64,000 nucleotides of DNA from Curvularia clavata (taxonomy: Eukaryota): the NCBI GenBank assembly GCA_023920165.1, contig CP089279.1:2046001-2110000 (forward strand), written 5' to 3'. The notes below the pieces were generated by a model. That model saw nothing but the letters and a program-made list of their open reading frames with translations, was not told the origin of the DNA and searched no databases. Position 1 is the first letter of the stretch, and each line of letters starts with the position of its first letter. Of this stretch, positions 24,022 to 35,932 are shown piece after piece. The translations under genes were made by a program, and so were the position numbers.

Positions 24022-25903
24022 TTATGCGCCTGGGGGTCCTTGGGCACCTTGGCCGCCTTGTTGCTGCTGAGCAATGGACGCATACCACATGGCTAGGTAG
24101 TTCTGGTAGCCGCCATAGACAGCATACGGGTCAGCAGCAGCACCGCCTGCAGCGGGTGCAGCGGCTTGTGGTGCCTGCGCAGGCGCAGCAGCCTGTCCAT
24201 AAGATGGAGTCTGTTGATGTGAGTAGCCATTCTCCTGGTTGCCGTTGTCACGACGACGCGAGTTGTTCTTCTCCCGCTGATTCCAATTAGCACTTGTACA
24301 CATGTAACAGACTTGGGAAAAAAAAACTCACCACTTGGTCCACCTTCTCCCAGATTGCACGCTTGGCGTCATCAATGGCTTGACGAGTGCCAACGAGGCC
24401 AATCTCGCGCTCAATGTCAGCGCCAGAAGCTTGTGACACGTTAATCTTGCAGCCAGTCTCTGACTGCATAGCTTTAATGGTTTCACCGCCTGAGATTGTT
24501 GTTAATGCAATTGTCACAAAATGGAAGTCAGCTCATGTTACCTTTACCAATAATCATGCCAACAGCGTCAGATGGGACATGAATGCTATCATTGATCTTA
24601 CCAGCGCCACCGGCACCGGCACCACTGTAGGGATCAAAGTTGTCACGCCTGTTGAACGGTTGCTGTGATGAAGGCTGCGGGCCGTTGCCGTCCATTTGCT
24701 TAGTGTCACTATCGACAATTTCCATAATGAGCTCCTTGGCATGGGCAGCAGCAGCAGGACTTCCAATGAGGTTCACAGGACGCAGGCCGTTCACGCTCTT
24801 GTTTTCACCAACGATGTTAACGTGGCAGCCACTGCGCTCTTGCAGATCACGGATCGTTTCACCACCACGACCAATGATGAGACCAACAGTTCGATCAGGC
24901 ACCATGATCTGCGAAGATTGTTCACCCTCTCTAAGGGCAGGCTGTTGCTGGCCAACCGTCTTGGCGGTAGGCCTAGCATTGCGGCCAGTCTCACGAGCAG
25001 GGTTGCCGCCATTCTCTTCGATGATACGGTTGATCTCGCGCTTAGCACTGATACGGGCACCAGGACTGCCGGTTATACGGCATTCGCGCTGAGGGCCGGA
25101 TTCGGGGCCGTTGATGAATTGAATACGTGTTTGAGATTCTTGTTCAATGCGGCGGAGACTCTCACCTTGACGTCCTATGACGAGGCCAACCAACGAAGAA
25201 TCAATGAGAATCACCTCAGAGTTGTCATTGGCAGGGGGCGAACGAGCCTGCCCGTACTGCTGCGAGGGGGAGAAGGTGTCACGTCTAGGGGGCGAGCGAT
25301 CACGATCACGGCCATAACCACCTCGGCGCTCATCACGGCGCTCATCGCGATATGGATTGTAGCTTTCACGCACGGGTTCTCGGCGCGCTGGAGAGCGCGA
25401 ACGCGACCGAGAACGTCTGTAGGGCTGGCGCCCGCTTAGTCGTGGGTCTTCTTGGTAAGCTGGAGGCGTGTAAGTTTGCGCTGGGACACCATAGCCAGAC
25501 CAAGGTTCAGGAATACCTGGGCGCGCTGCTTCATGGGCAAGGCCTTTCTGAGCGGCAAAACCGCGCGCCTTGGCCAGTGCATCTTGAATGCTTACGGAGC
25601 CAGAGCTCACGGGCTTGATGGCGCTGAGGTCAAGGCTACCAGTGTGTGTGGGTTGGGGGAAGCTGTAGCCAGGCATGGCTGGCGGGGTGGCAGTCGGCAT
25701 TGCGCCAGGAAAGCCCGGCGGAAGGCCTTGGGGCGGGGGATGTTGCGCAGGTGGAGGCTGCTGAGGCGTCTGCGATGGGGTGGTTGAAGGTCGCCCGGCA
25801 GCTGGGCGAAAAGTCAGTACATGGATGGGCCCAAGCGACTGAAGACTGTGAAAGACGTACCGAGGGCCGCCAGGATGGCGTTGAGGTCTGGAGGAGCAGC
25901 CAT
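24022..25903 (-). CDS. KH-domain RNA-binding protein, FUBP/KSRP/PSI-like (3 KH domains); exons 25903..25861, 25801..(25517, 25459)..24542, 24489..24332, 24276..24022
   Basis: Three GxxIGxxG motifs (VGLVIGRQGE, VGLIIGRGGE, VGMIIGK|GGE), an RS-rich segment and a C-terminal DPYAVYGGYQNYLAMWY motif. ATG at 25903 (MAAPPDLNAILAAL). Introns 25802-25860, 24490-24541, 24277-24331 and probably 25460-25516. Confidence 0.85.
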
Positions 25904-26691
25904 GGCGAGATGCGCGTAGCCAGAGGGTTAGTAGTAAAGTGAGCGACGATATGGGTAAGGAAAAGGAAGAAGAGGATGAAGGGTGAGGAGAGACGGGAAA
26001 ACGGCTGTTGGATTGATCGCGCCGTGGCTGTTCGTAGGAATCTTTGCGGCGAGGGCCAGAGGAGTTGGAAGCGGCCTTAGTACGCACTAGTGCCTAAATT
26101 AGCCGAGCCAAGTTTCTCGCGCGCTGCCCTCTCACGAGACACGTGAAGGCAAATCGGCGAAGAAACACGTGCACTTCTTTCACGGTAGAGTGATGGATGA
26201 CGTATTTGTGATTTTTGAATTTGTTTCCATTTTGCTAATAGGACCATGGACAATGCATGTGTCCCACGAAGATGCTGCAGGCAAACACAATAGTAAAGAA
26301 CGCCGTGCCGTCTACAAACGTAGACGTATGCTCCCCAAGTCACTTTGTAATGATTCCCAAACCCCTTCTGCTCCTATGCTCATGCAAACTATCCAAATCG
26401 CTCCATACTCAGGCTGCAAGTACCGTCTCCCTTCATATAACAAGCCTACGAGTGGTGTGGCACGCCCGACTGATGTGAATCCAAAATCGCCCAAGCAAGA
26501 CGAGCAACGTATAAAACCCTGGCCCATGCTACGTGGTGGGCAGGGCAAATGTGTTTATACAATACATTAGAAGCGAATCAAGGCGCAATCGACGTGACGG
26601 AATAGATCTGGTCTTCAGTTGGCGGCGCCTGCGTGCCATATGCACTTCCACCAGATATCTCCGATGCACGTGTAAAGCGCAAGCTCTAGGC

Positions 26692-29600
26692 TTACTTCTT
26701 CATCATCTGTTCAAGGTTGTTCCACTTCTTCTTGAGTGCCTCATGTTCTTCGTTAATCTAGTTTTTTGTTAGCTGTGCCTCTGACTCGAACTAGCCGCAG
26801 CGGCCTTACCGTAGCCCATTGCATCTTGACGTCCACCAGTTCTTTTTCCATCTCGGCCATCGCATCTTCCAGATTGCGGTTCTCGTTGTGAACAACAATG
26901 TTCTTCTGCATGACAGTCTCCATTTCATGCTTCAGCCGTTCCTCAACTTCTGCGGGCTGTGTATCGACAATCTTCTGAAGCTCCTGCACTTTTGTTTTCA
27001 ATGTCTCGTTCTCGTCCTCCAAATTCTCATTTTGGACCTTGGTCTTGATGAGCTCCGATGCGACCTGGACGTGCTCCATGTCGGATTGTTCGGCTCGGTG
27101 TTCCAGTGATCGCACTTTTTGCTCCAGGGACGCAACCTTTTCTTTGAGCCCCACAAGCTCGTTCTCGCGGTCCTTTTCTACTCGTTGTTGCTCCTTCCAC
27201 TCAGCAGTGTACTGCTTGAGTGTTTCAGGTGCAATCTTGATAGCAACCGCATCTTTGACCAGAGTATCGGCGCGGTAAATCTCCTTGTCGATGCCTGCTG
27301 TTGAGCCAAAGAAGCCATTCTCTAGGATCGAGTTTGCCGAAGGGGCCTTGTCAATGTAGACATCGAACAGTCGCTCCTTCAAAAAGGTTGTGAGTGTTGC
27401 CATGTCCCTCATGCCAAGTAGTGTTTCGGCGTTTTTCTGCATCAGTACAATGCCAAACTTCAAAATAGCCAACTCGAGGCCTTCGCTTAGTATCAAGTCG
27501 TAGATGCGCAGAACGAGCTGTAGTGGGAAACGGTATGCAAAGAGAGTAAGGAACCATTGCGTAGCGTAGAGCTGGGGCTTCACATCTCTGCGGCGAAGGT
27601 GACAGTAGAGGGCAGGCTCAAAGTCTTCCAAGAGGCGCTCAAACTGATAGAGATGCAAGTGGAGTCCAGGCATGTCATGCACGAACAAATCACGAAGACC
27701 GTATTTGTTCATTAGCGTCACAAAGAGGCTGAAAGCCTCCTCTTCGGGCATCTGGTAAAGTTAGCAATGTCCTAGAGGTAGCGTGTGCTCAGACTCACAT
27801 TGAAAAGAAGAGGCATAGCAATGAAATTCATGCCTTGGGCGTATCCAACGGCATCGTCATACAAAGCGTAAGCCTTGCAGATACCAAAGAGACCATCCTG
27901 CAAACCAGCCGCCATAACATACTTGGAGTAGCTGGTACGCGCACCCAGGTCACGCTTGATAACCTTTTCCAGTTTGGAGATGGCAGCAGCGTTTTGCTTC
28001 TTTTCCGTAGCTATTCTCGCCTGTATCTTTGCTGGGTCTTCGGGGTTTTCTGAAGTAAGCGGTGGCGAAGCCAAAGGTGCATTTGTACTTCCAGTTGTAG
28101 TGGCTGGACTCGAGTAGTCAGAGTGGACCGAGGAGGAAGAGGAAGCAACTGACTCCTTTCCGTTCACATTCGCTTGTCCATTGGTGAGGTTGGGCGTGCT
28201 GACACTCATGCGTTCTTTATCTGTGCCACGGGCTACGAGTTCCCTGTACGTAGCCTCGAGCTCCTCGTTCTTACTCTGCGCCAACACCTGCCAGATAACG
28301 CCACGAATGACTTGGGGGATTCCGTTTGCAATGGCATGATTGAGCTCTTCTGCGCTAGTACGGGCGATGGCGGCTGGTCCTTCATTGACCACAGACTGCC
28401 AGAGATCCCAATCCACAGGCTCAGCTGTATCTGCAGCTGGGCCAGCAGCGAATCCAGACGCAGTTCCCGGAGCCAGTTTTGGGTTGATGGTAGGTTGTCT
28501 TGTGAGTGCTTGTGGGCTTCCAGGCTCATCATCAGTGACGATGGGCGGACTCATGAGGCCAACGCTTGTTGGCCTGGCCGTTACAGCGGTTGGATCGCCA
28601 TTTAGGCCGGTCTCGTCGCCCATCGTTATGCCGGCTTCTTCCCTCATTCGCAAAAACTTGAAACGGTCTCTGAGATTTCCCTGACTCGTTCGGTTGTTTG
28701 TGCGAGCCTCGCCTTCGTCATCGATTTTGTTCAATGTCAGCTCAGGGTTGCTATTAATGGTCGCGATAGAAGCCCCTGTGTTTCGGCGTTCTGACATTGT
28801 GGATGTGGGTGGAGACTCTGGTTTCTTGCTAGAGCTATTTCTCGATAGCCAGGCAAAAGGACCTGTCAGTTTTCTGGGCGCAGGTGCCGGCTTTTCCTGT
28901 GCGGCCTTTTCCTGTGCAACTGGTGGGGCAGGCGGTGGAGGAAATTTGACAGGAGACATTCTTCCAGAGAGGCCTTGGACTGAGGCTGTAGAGTCTTGAG
29001 AGTCTCGCAGCGGTACTTTTGGCGGCGAGCTTGGGGATTTTGCACCTTCTGTAAGGGGTCAGCCTCAGAATCAAGACCCATGTACTCGCACATGTGTAAC
29101 AGCCACAGGGCTGGGGGGTGTTGTCAGGAGGTACAGACACTGCGGACATTGAAACGTAGGCATCTTAACGTCCACAAGGCACTATCGCTCACAAACACAT
29201 AGGGTATACGCACCGTCGTCCAAGGATACATCGTCCAAGTCTGATGTTACCGACACTCGGTTTATGGGCACCTTTTTGGCTGGTGCAGTCTCGCTGGGCT
29301 TTTCCGTTTCTTCAGCTTCGCTGCCGGTGTCGGAGTCGTCTGTTTCGTCGCTTTCATCGCTCTCTTCGGTTTCATCACTGTCGTCTTTGTCGTCGTCGTC
29401 GTCCTTGGGGGGTGCTGGTGCTGCACGTGCAGTCGAGTCTGCTTTGGTTTGCCTTATGGTTGGTGACGGAGCCTCTTGTTGTAGTAATGAGCGCGGCTTG
29501 GATTGGGGCTGTTCGGCGGGCGAGTCTGGGCGAAGGGAGGATTCGGATGCGTCTTCAAAACTGTCCTACACCGGGCACGCTGGTTAGCCAACTTGTACTA

Positions 29601-29699
29601 TAAGACGCCTATTCCAGACGGATAAATAAATAGAAGGGGCCAAACACTTACCCCATCCCTGTCGGAACTGTGCGAGCTCGTGGGCCGCTTTTCGGCCAT
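26692..29699 (-). CDS. GYP5: Rab GTPase-activating protein, TBC domain plus coiled coil (Gyp5-like); exons 29699..29652, 29565..29214, 29048..27799, 27751..26810, 26757..26692
   Basis: TBC motifs GIPQVIRGVIWQ, IKRDLGART, GYAQGMNF, YATQWFLTLF and LRIYD. Acidic N-terminus and C-terminal coiled coil. Four GT-AG introns restore the frame. Confidence 0.9.
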
Positions 29700-30735
29700 G
29701 TTTATGCTTGCAAGGGTCGGCGGTGTGGGCTATAGAGGGCGGGCGAACGGTATCTTGAAGGGCGGCTGCAGTCGATGCAGGATATGGCTTTGGGTGTATT
29801 TTGGCAAAGGGCTATAGAATAGAGATTAAAAGGTAGCTATGTTTGTGGATGCCAGTAAAAAGTCAGGGGGTCCGGTGGAGGGTTGTGGGAGCGGTGGTGT
29901 TTGTGGTTGCTGTGAGGATTGATGGGGGGTAGTCAACGGAGAAGAGTGGAGCGGCCCTGTCGGCGGCGGCCTAGAAGACCAGGACTCGAGGGAAGCCACT
30001 ACGACGACGAACGGCCACCGGACAGTTGCTTTTCGGACTTTGCGGTCACTGTGAATGGCACTAATTCCCTCTCGGATTTTTTTATGATGCTGTGAATATT
30101 ACGGTGCTGAGTGCGCCATCTGACTGCATATGCAGGTGCCCCTCAAGCCAGTTGTTCGAACGGCTGTCGCAGTGGTACAGCAGCGGTTAACCTGAAACGC
30201 GGCCGCCTGTTAGTCCGCCGCCGTGGCTGAGAATCCAAGCCTGACTTGGCAGATACACGCGGGTTCACACGCAATGCACTATAATAGACATAGGCTTACG
30301 ATGCGCTATCCGCGCAATACGGCTGCATTTGGATTTGCCAGACGTTGTTTCTACAATGCAGACGCGGCGCTTTGTTCCTCTCTGCCCAACAAGCACCCAC
30401 CGCCGCTCTTTGCTTTTGTTCTCAGCTTGGCGCGGAAATACATGTGCTTTTGTTCTTCTCTACCAAAGAGAAAGAAGAAAACAACCCACCATCGCCTTTT
30501 CTTTTCCTAAGCCCGGTGTCTGGGAACTGACTCACCTTTTTTTGTCGTGAAGCAACTCGGTCATCTTGTCACTCCGAATGAACATCAACTCAGTAACATG
30601 TTGTCAAGAACTGAAATTGCAAAATCTAAGTATAACTCTAACTAACTAGTAGTTTTCATATATGTACACGAACAACAAGTCTTTTCATACCCCACGTCTT
30701 CTCTCTTTCTGTTCAGCTTCTCACCCCTGACCACT

Positions 30736-31761
30736 CTAGTTAAGGCACTGAGAGTAGAAGTCGTTCTGCTTGACGCACTTGGCAGTGCCCTCGCACTGAG
30801 TAGGGCCGTTGTAGTTGACACCACCGCACTGGTAGTAGAGCTTGACGGTTCCAGCAGAGCCAGTGGGGACAGCACCGGTAGGGGCTGCAATGCCTGAAGA
30901 CGGACTGAGGAGCGTAGCGAATGTGGTAGGGATAGCTGACGCCGATGGAATGGTAGCGTTGCTAGGAGCGAGGGTCGGCGCGGGAGTGGGGATAGCGCCA
31001 GCATCCGTCTCGGCGGCAGCAGCAGACGTGGTGTTGGAGGCTGGGGGAGCAACAGGAGCCGCACCACCAGCACCGCAAGTAGCCACGTTGCCGCCAGGAG
31101 CCTTGTAGTCGGTAGCGACGTAGCCGTTGTAGTAGTTGGGGATGTAAATGTCGGCATCATCCGCCTTGTAAGCGCCTGGAAGCTCAATGGTAGGCGAGCA
31201 GGCACCCTTGCTGCCAGTGCCCTTGATCTTCAACTGCATGCAGCCAATGTAAAACTGTCCACCCCCAAGGGTTTGAGCAGCATGCAGCGCCAGCATCTCG
31301 GAACGGAGCAGGTACTCGCCTGAGGCAAGGCCGGTTGGAAGAGTGAATTCGTGCGTCATGTTGTTAGCGCCCATGATTTCAGATGCCCATTTTCCATCGA
31401 CATAGTCCAACTCGTCAATCTTGAACCATCCCGCGCCAATGCCAGTAGCCTGCGAGGCATCATCGACAGGTCCAAAGAGCATGTGAGTGATGGGGCCTGG
31501 GTGGCCGCTTTGATCCCATTGGACCTTGATCTTGTCACCCTCGTTGGCCTCAATCGTCTTGACACCAGATGGGACCTTGGTGCCGCCGACGTTGCAGACC
31601 ATGTCATCGCTCGTCACATCGGTGACAGGGCTGTTGTTAGGTGGCATCCGAATGCCGACCTGGTATCCAGGAGTTACATCGTTGACCCAGAGTTGGTGGA
31701 GGTTCTGGTGAGCCGAGACGGCAGAGAGGAGAGCGCTGGTGAAGATGGCCTTGGTGAGCAT
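30736..31761 (-). CDS. AA9 lytic polysaccharide monooxygenase with C-terminal CBM1
   Basis: Signal peptide ending AVSA|H (His1), second His in SGHPGP, YLLRSEMLALH...QFYIGC, Ser/Thr/Pro linker, CBM1 YYQCGGVNYNGPTQC...NDFYSQCL. Single exon. Confidence 0.95.
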   Translation of the reverse strand: MLTKAIFTSALLSAVSAHQNLHQLWVNDVTPGYQVGIRMPPNNSPVTDVTSDDMVCNVGGTKVPSGVKTIEANEGDKIKVQWDQSGHPGPITHMLFGPVDDASQATGIGAGWFKIDELDYVDGKWASEIMGANNMTHEFTLPTGLASGEYLLRSEMLALHAAQTLGGGQFYIGCMQLKIKGTGSKGACSPTIELPGAYKADDADIYIPNYYNGYVATDYKAPGGNVATCGAGGAAPVAPPASNTTSAAAAETDAGAIPTPAPTLAPSNATIPSASAIPTTFATLLSPSSGIAAPTGAVPTGSAGTVKLYYQCGGVNYNGPTQCEGTAKCVKQNDFYSQCLN

Positions 31762-32573
31762 GGTGAAGTATGTTGACTTGAAATGCGAATGCTTTTCGGT
31801 GATACCTGATCACGAGGATAGAATGCAAGGTAAAGAATGAATGTGATAGAAGACGAGAAGAAAAGAACTGAGTGAGTGTGTTCAAAGGACTGGCCCGTTA
31901 GAATGATGGGAAACTTCGAAGAGAAACGACAGACCAGCGCTTTTAAACCCCAACGCTGATCTCTTTACTTGAATTAAGCGCCTGAACAAGAACGTATGTC
32001 TCCGAAAACTAGGGCGAGCCGCCCTGGATCCTTCATGACAGTCGTTCACGCTATCCCAGCCGCTCGGTGCGGGAGCCACATTGCTTTGGCGAGAGCCAAG
32101 TCGCGACACGCCCACGGCTTTTCTAGAATAAGAAGCAATTTTGCTGCATGGGGCAAGGCCGGGATGCGCTATCATGCAAAAAGCTGTATCCGAGATTGAC
32201 TGTATATGACGGTGGAGAAGCGAGTGTTTCCACGTTCGCTGGAATAGGCTAGCCAGCCTTGTTTCGTGCTTGTTTCAAAACGAAACCTCCTGTAGCGAGT
32301 CGCCATCAACGTGCAGAATCCAGGTTCAGCCGCCTTCCTTCGTCAATTCCATACCAGGGCTGAAATAGACCAGAAGAATCGACAGGGAAATTCCACCAAA
32401 GGGGGCCGAACATGACAACAAATAGAGCGGTACATGGCTCCACATGCCACCACGTACCCTCTCCAATTCAAAAGCATGGTTACAATTTGCATCCTTTGAT
32501 GAGGCTGCGGTGCATGACGCGTACATGATTTCGGCACCTACAGTGGGGCAATTTTCAGCAAGAAGGTCTTTAT

Positions 32574-33305
32574 TTAAAATATTCCTCTCGTAGTTGTTAC
32601 GAAGCCGGTAGGCACCGGTGCTACCATGGTGCTCCCAGCACCCAAAGAAACTCTTCCGAGAAGATTGCCTACGTCAGGCGATTCATTTTTATCACTAGGC
32701 GGAGATGTCGTTGGGCTCGGCGCCTGCGAAACGATAGGTGTGGTGCTTGTCAGAGCGGCGAAGGATCTTGTGGATACTGACACAGTCCCCTGCACTAGTT
32801 CCCCGTGGATGTAGATGTTGATCTCCTGTGCAGCCAAATTCGATGGCACTGGTCGAATAATTGACAAGAACCGTGCACCAAACAAGATTGACGTATACCA
32901 GACGGTGATGAGGAAGAAGATGACAAACAGTGCCCAAGGAATAAGGATACGTTTTGCCGGTAGTCGCCTACGTTCGGGACGTGTCGTTACAAGTTCTGGC
33001 TGGGCCGATCTTGCATATTGAGGGTGATTTGAATCCAAGTAATCAGGCTTGACTCGAAGTCCTTCTCCGTCTTCCAATCGAATCTTATCCCACGACTCAA
33101 ACACTGGAGGTGGTTCTTGTTTGGTAGATTGATGGTACGTGTCCCATGGCGTATTGCTCTTTGACATGATAGAAAAGCTGTTGTGCCGAGGCATATCCGA
33201 AATGTCTTGAGAGTCAAACGTAGAGCTGTATGTTGGAGCTGGTGACAGCATATCGCCCAACTCGGGTGAAGTCATGTCTGATCCCGGGGAATTGAGAGGA
33301 CGCAT
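32574..33305 (-). CDS. Hypothetical single-pass membrane protein
   Basis: Open ~243-codon frame from MRPLNSPG. One hydrophobic helix ILIPWALFVIFFLITVWYTSILFG after RRR, then a Ser/Thr-rich tail. Start uncertain. Confidence 0.6.
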   Translation of the reverse strand: MRPLNSPGSDMTSPELGDMLSPAPTYSSTFDSQDISDMPRHNSFSIMSKSNTPWDTYHQSTKQEPPPVFESWDKIRLEDGEGLRVKPDYLDSNHPQYARSAQPELVTTRPERRRLPAKRILIPWALFVIFFLITVWYTSILFGARFLSIIRPVPSNLAAQEINIYIHGELVQGTVSVSTRSFAALTSTTPIVSQAPSPTTSPPSDKNESPDVGNLLGRVSLGAGSTMVAPVPTGFVTTTRGIF

Positions 33306-33863
33306 AATGAGGAAGTAAAAATTGCAGCTGTTGAGAGTGCCAGTTTCTCGGAATGTAATCTTTGGGGGAAAAAATGGCAACTCGGAAGTCGCTGACATTT
33401 GTACTGTACTCAAACATCAAAGCCCCCAAAGCCCACAACAGAATACAGCACCGTGTCATAGCGGAGGCATGTTTGTTGGCTACAATCATGCAATTCAAGA
33501 ATCATCGTGTTTGTCTGCATCTGTATGAGACTCGGTCATCGAATGGAGTGGTGGTCAAGAGTTGTGCCAGCTGACAGTTTGAAGATACTAGCTGTTCATC
33601 TAAACGATTGGTCCGTAGCCGCTCATCACGGTTACGGGGTGCAAGGGTCTGCGCTATTGGCTCATACCTAGACTTCATGACTGCAAACATATGATAGTTG
33701 AATCGACCAATCCATTAAGCACTCGTTATTCATCATGCAGGAGAGCTGCAGAGAGTAGCATTTGCGTCGTCCCATTTGTTTCGAAATATGCATGCGGGTA
33801 TCTAGCAAAACTCCTGAACGCCAAAGAAACACGCCTGAGATGCGGCCATGTGTGCAGACCTGA

Positions 33864-34386
33864 TCATGCCTTTGCTTTCCCTTTACCAGTGCCAGCAGGC
33901 CTTCCTCGCTTCTTTCCCGCAACAGCTGGCTGCGCGCGAGCAGCTGGCTGTCCATCAGCCCGTCTCCCCTCCGCAGCCCTGATTTCCTCTAGCTCCTTCT
34001 CCAGCATGGCTTGTAGCTGTTCATTGCGTCTGCCGAGGAGAAGAACATCGTCTGGGTTGATTGTCTTGCGGCCGCCATGCTTTGAGAACACTTCGAGGTC
34101 GCGGGCTGTGTTTGCTGGGGCTGCATCAGCGACCTTGTTACATACCAGCAAGGGCCGGCGAGGGCCAGAATTTACCAATCTGAGTATATACGAGTTCAGT
34201 CAAAGCACCAATGAATTGTGGAGTTGCGTTGAGGTCGCTTTCCAAAGACTTCTCGTCGACGAACTGGCCGATTGCGTACCAGAGGGCGGATTTGAGCCGC
34301 TAGACCCTCGTTAATACGTGCATGAGTGTAGTTGCTGGGCTGTTGCTGACCTCTTCGCGCTCTGCTGCGGCGTCGTTGGACGCCAT
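33864..34386 (-). CDS. MHF1: CENP-S / MHF histone-fold complex subunit 1; join(34386..34351, 34299..34176, 34114..33864)
   Basis: Spliced product ERLKSALWYAIGQFVDE...NATPQFIGALTELVYTQIANTARDLEVFSKHGGRKTINPDDVLLLGRRNE. Confidence 0.9.
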
Positions 34387-34690
34387 ATGCTAGATAGTGA
34401 GTGGATGGCAATGCGATGGCTAGGTACACGCGACGCGTTCACGGTTAGGGTGGGGCCTCGGTGGCAGAACCATCACCGCCCATGGTTCTCTTCCATCTGA
34501 TCCACGCTTTGAGTGATTTATTGTGCCCAACTTTTGCATTAACAGGAATTGCATTTCTCTCAGATCTAAGCTTTCCCATCGTCTTCCTATCGTCCCGACG
34601 CATCCGTACGACGGCGCCCACATCAATACACCGTCGCAAAGCATCCTCCAGCGCACACGTCGCATCTAAACATACGCCTACACACCAACA

Positions 34691-34981
34691 ATGGACTACA
34701 TACTCGACAATGTCGGCGAATGGAAGAACCGTCTCGTCAACAACTCGATCAAGTCATTCGAAGAAATGACTGCCCAGCGCTGGGTCCGCATCATCGCCAT
34801 CGTGGGAGGATACCTCCTTATTCGGCCGTATCTGCTCAATGCAGCCGCCAAGAAGCAGAAACAACAGCTGGACAGAGAAGCCGAGGAACTTGGATTGGGA
34901 AAGAGCGATGCGCCAGATGCCAATGACTTCCGTGGCAAAGGTGTCAAAGTTGCCAAGGGTGAGGTGAAGAAGAAAGAGTAG
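34691..34981 (+). CDS. PGA2: Pga2-like ER trafficking protein (DUF1531)
   Basis: WVRIIAIVGGYLLIRPYL transmembrane signature; divergent from MHF1. Confidence 0.75.
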   Translation: MDYILDNVGEWKNRLVNNSIKSFEEMTAQRWVRIIAIVGGYLLIRPYLLNAAAKKQKQQLDREAEELGLGKSDAPDANDFRGKGVKVAKGEVKKKE

Positions 34982-35238
34982 GGTTTACGAACAGAGGGAA
35001 CAGATATGGCATGGCAGAAGACGACAATGATGTGGAGGCCTTGTGCAGGAGCTTTGGATGCGAATATCATGCATCAGATGGCGTTCTATGTGTTACGTTT
35101 TGGGATACGCAACCCGTTATTGTTGATTTAATACCAGCAGCTGGAACGTTGAAATACACTTTCGCTATCTTCCATTCACCACCCCTCCTATTGCAAAAGA
35201 AAAGAAAAGAAATTCTGTCACAGCAGGGAAAAAAATGC

Positions 35239-35465
35239 AAAAAATCAATAAATCAACCCCGCCTCCCGCTTTTGTTACTCCAGCAACCGTCCGGGTTCGA
35301 ACGGCCGCCCTCCTAGCTTAGCAACCCATATCATTTCGTGTGGGACACTGAGTGGGTTGTTAGTTCCTATAAACCGTTAGCAGTCTAATGTTTGGTGTTG
35401 GGTACCCACCCCGTGTCCCGGCTAGGAGTCCACCCAACCACGGGAGTAGAGATTGATTGATCGAT
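35239..35465 (-). ncRNA. Unidentified structured small RNA gene, probably Pol III-transcribed
   Basis: TATATA ~25 nt upstream, A-box-like TGGTTGGGTGG, B box GTTCGAACC, T6/T7 runs directly after a ~24-bp 5'/3' terminal helix, 12-bp hairpin, 8-bp helix and pseudoknot; see findings. Confidence 0.7.
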
Positions 35466-35932
35466 GGAAGGAGGTAGAATATTGGAGTATATATGTGTGT
35501 TATGAATGTGTTTGGTGTGGAGGTATTTGCTGAGAGGAGTCACAACAAACGGCGGAGGGAATTGCATGTGTTTGCAAGTGAAAGTGGGCATGGCTTCACA
35601 CTGTTTGCTTGACGCCGGGGTCGGATCCGAGTAACCTATACTTCAATCCAAGCCGTTCAATTCTAGTGTACACCGCATCTTTGCTTGCGAGCTGGCCGTC
35701 TGTATAGCCCGGCAGTAGTTCCAGCTATCCCTTCAATGCCTCAAGACACGTTTTCAATGGAGCACCACTTCACATCGCCAGCATGTTAGACACTCAACAA
35801 CCTTCCGTTGGCAACCAACGCGCTACTCGCACTCCTCATTCACAACCTACCCTTCACATTTCTTGAGTCTATTATGATACCACTGTCCAGACTTCTGAGC
35901 GGATCTTGTCTTGATCACATCAGCAGCCCCCA

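Noticed and set aside
29049..29213. Stwintron or hidden micro-exon in the 165-nt GYP5 intron
   Set aside because: The internal branch/acceptor combinations I tried do not preserve the reading frame.
35300..35440. HDV-like, twister, hammerhead or group I ribozyme
   Set aside because: No room for HDV P3/L3, no CUGANGA, GUCCC/GAGGG spacing does not match twister, and no group I P7 G-binding site.
35275..35449. Conventional intron-containing tRNA
   Set aside because: The acceptor stem has a mismatch, position 33 is C, the D arm is too short and the T arm has extra nucleotides. The longer terminal helix and the 12-bp hairpin fit better.
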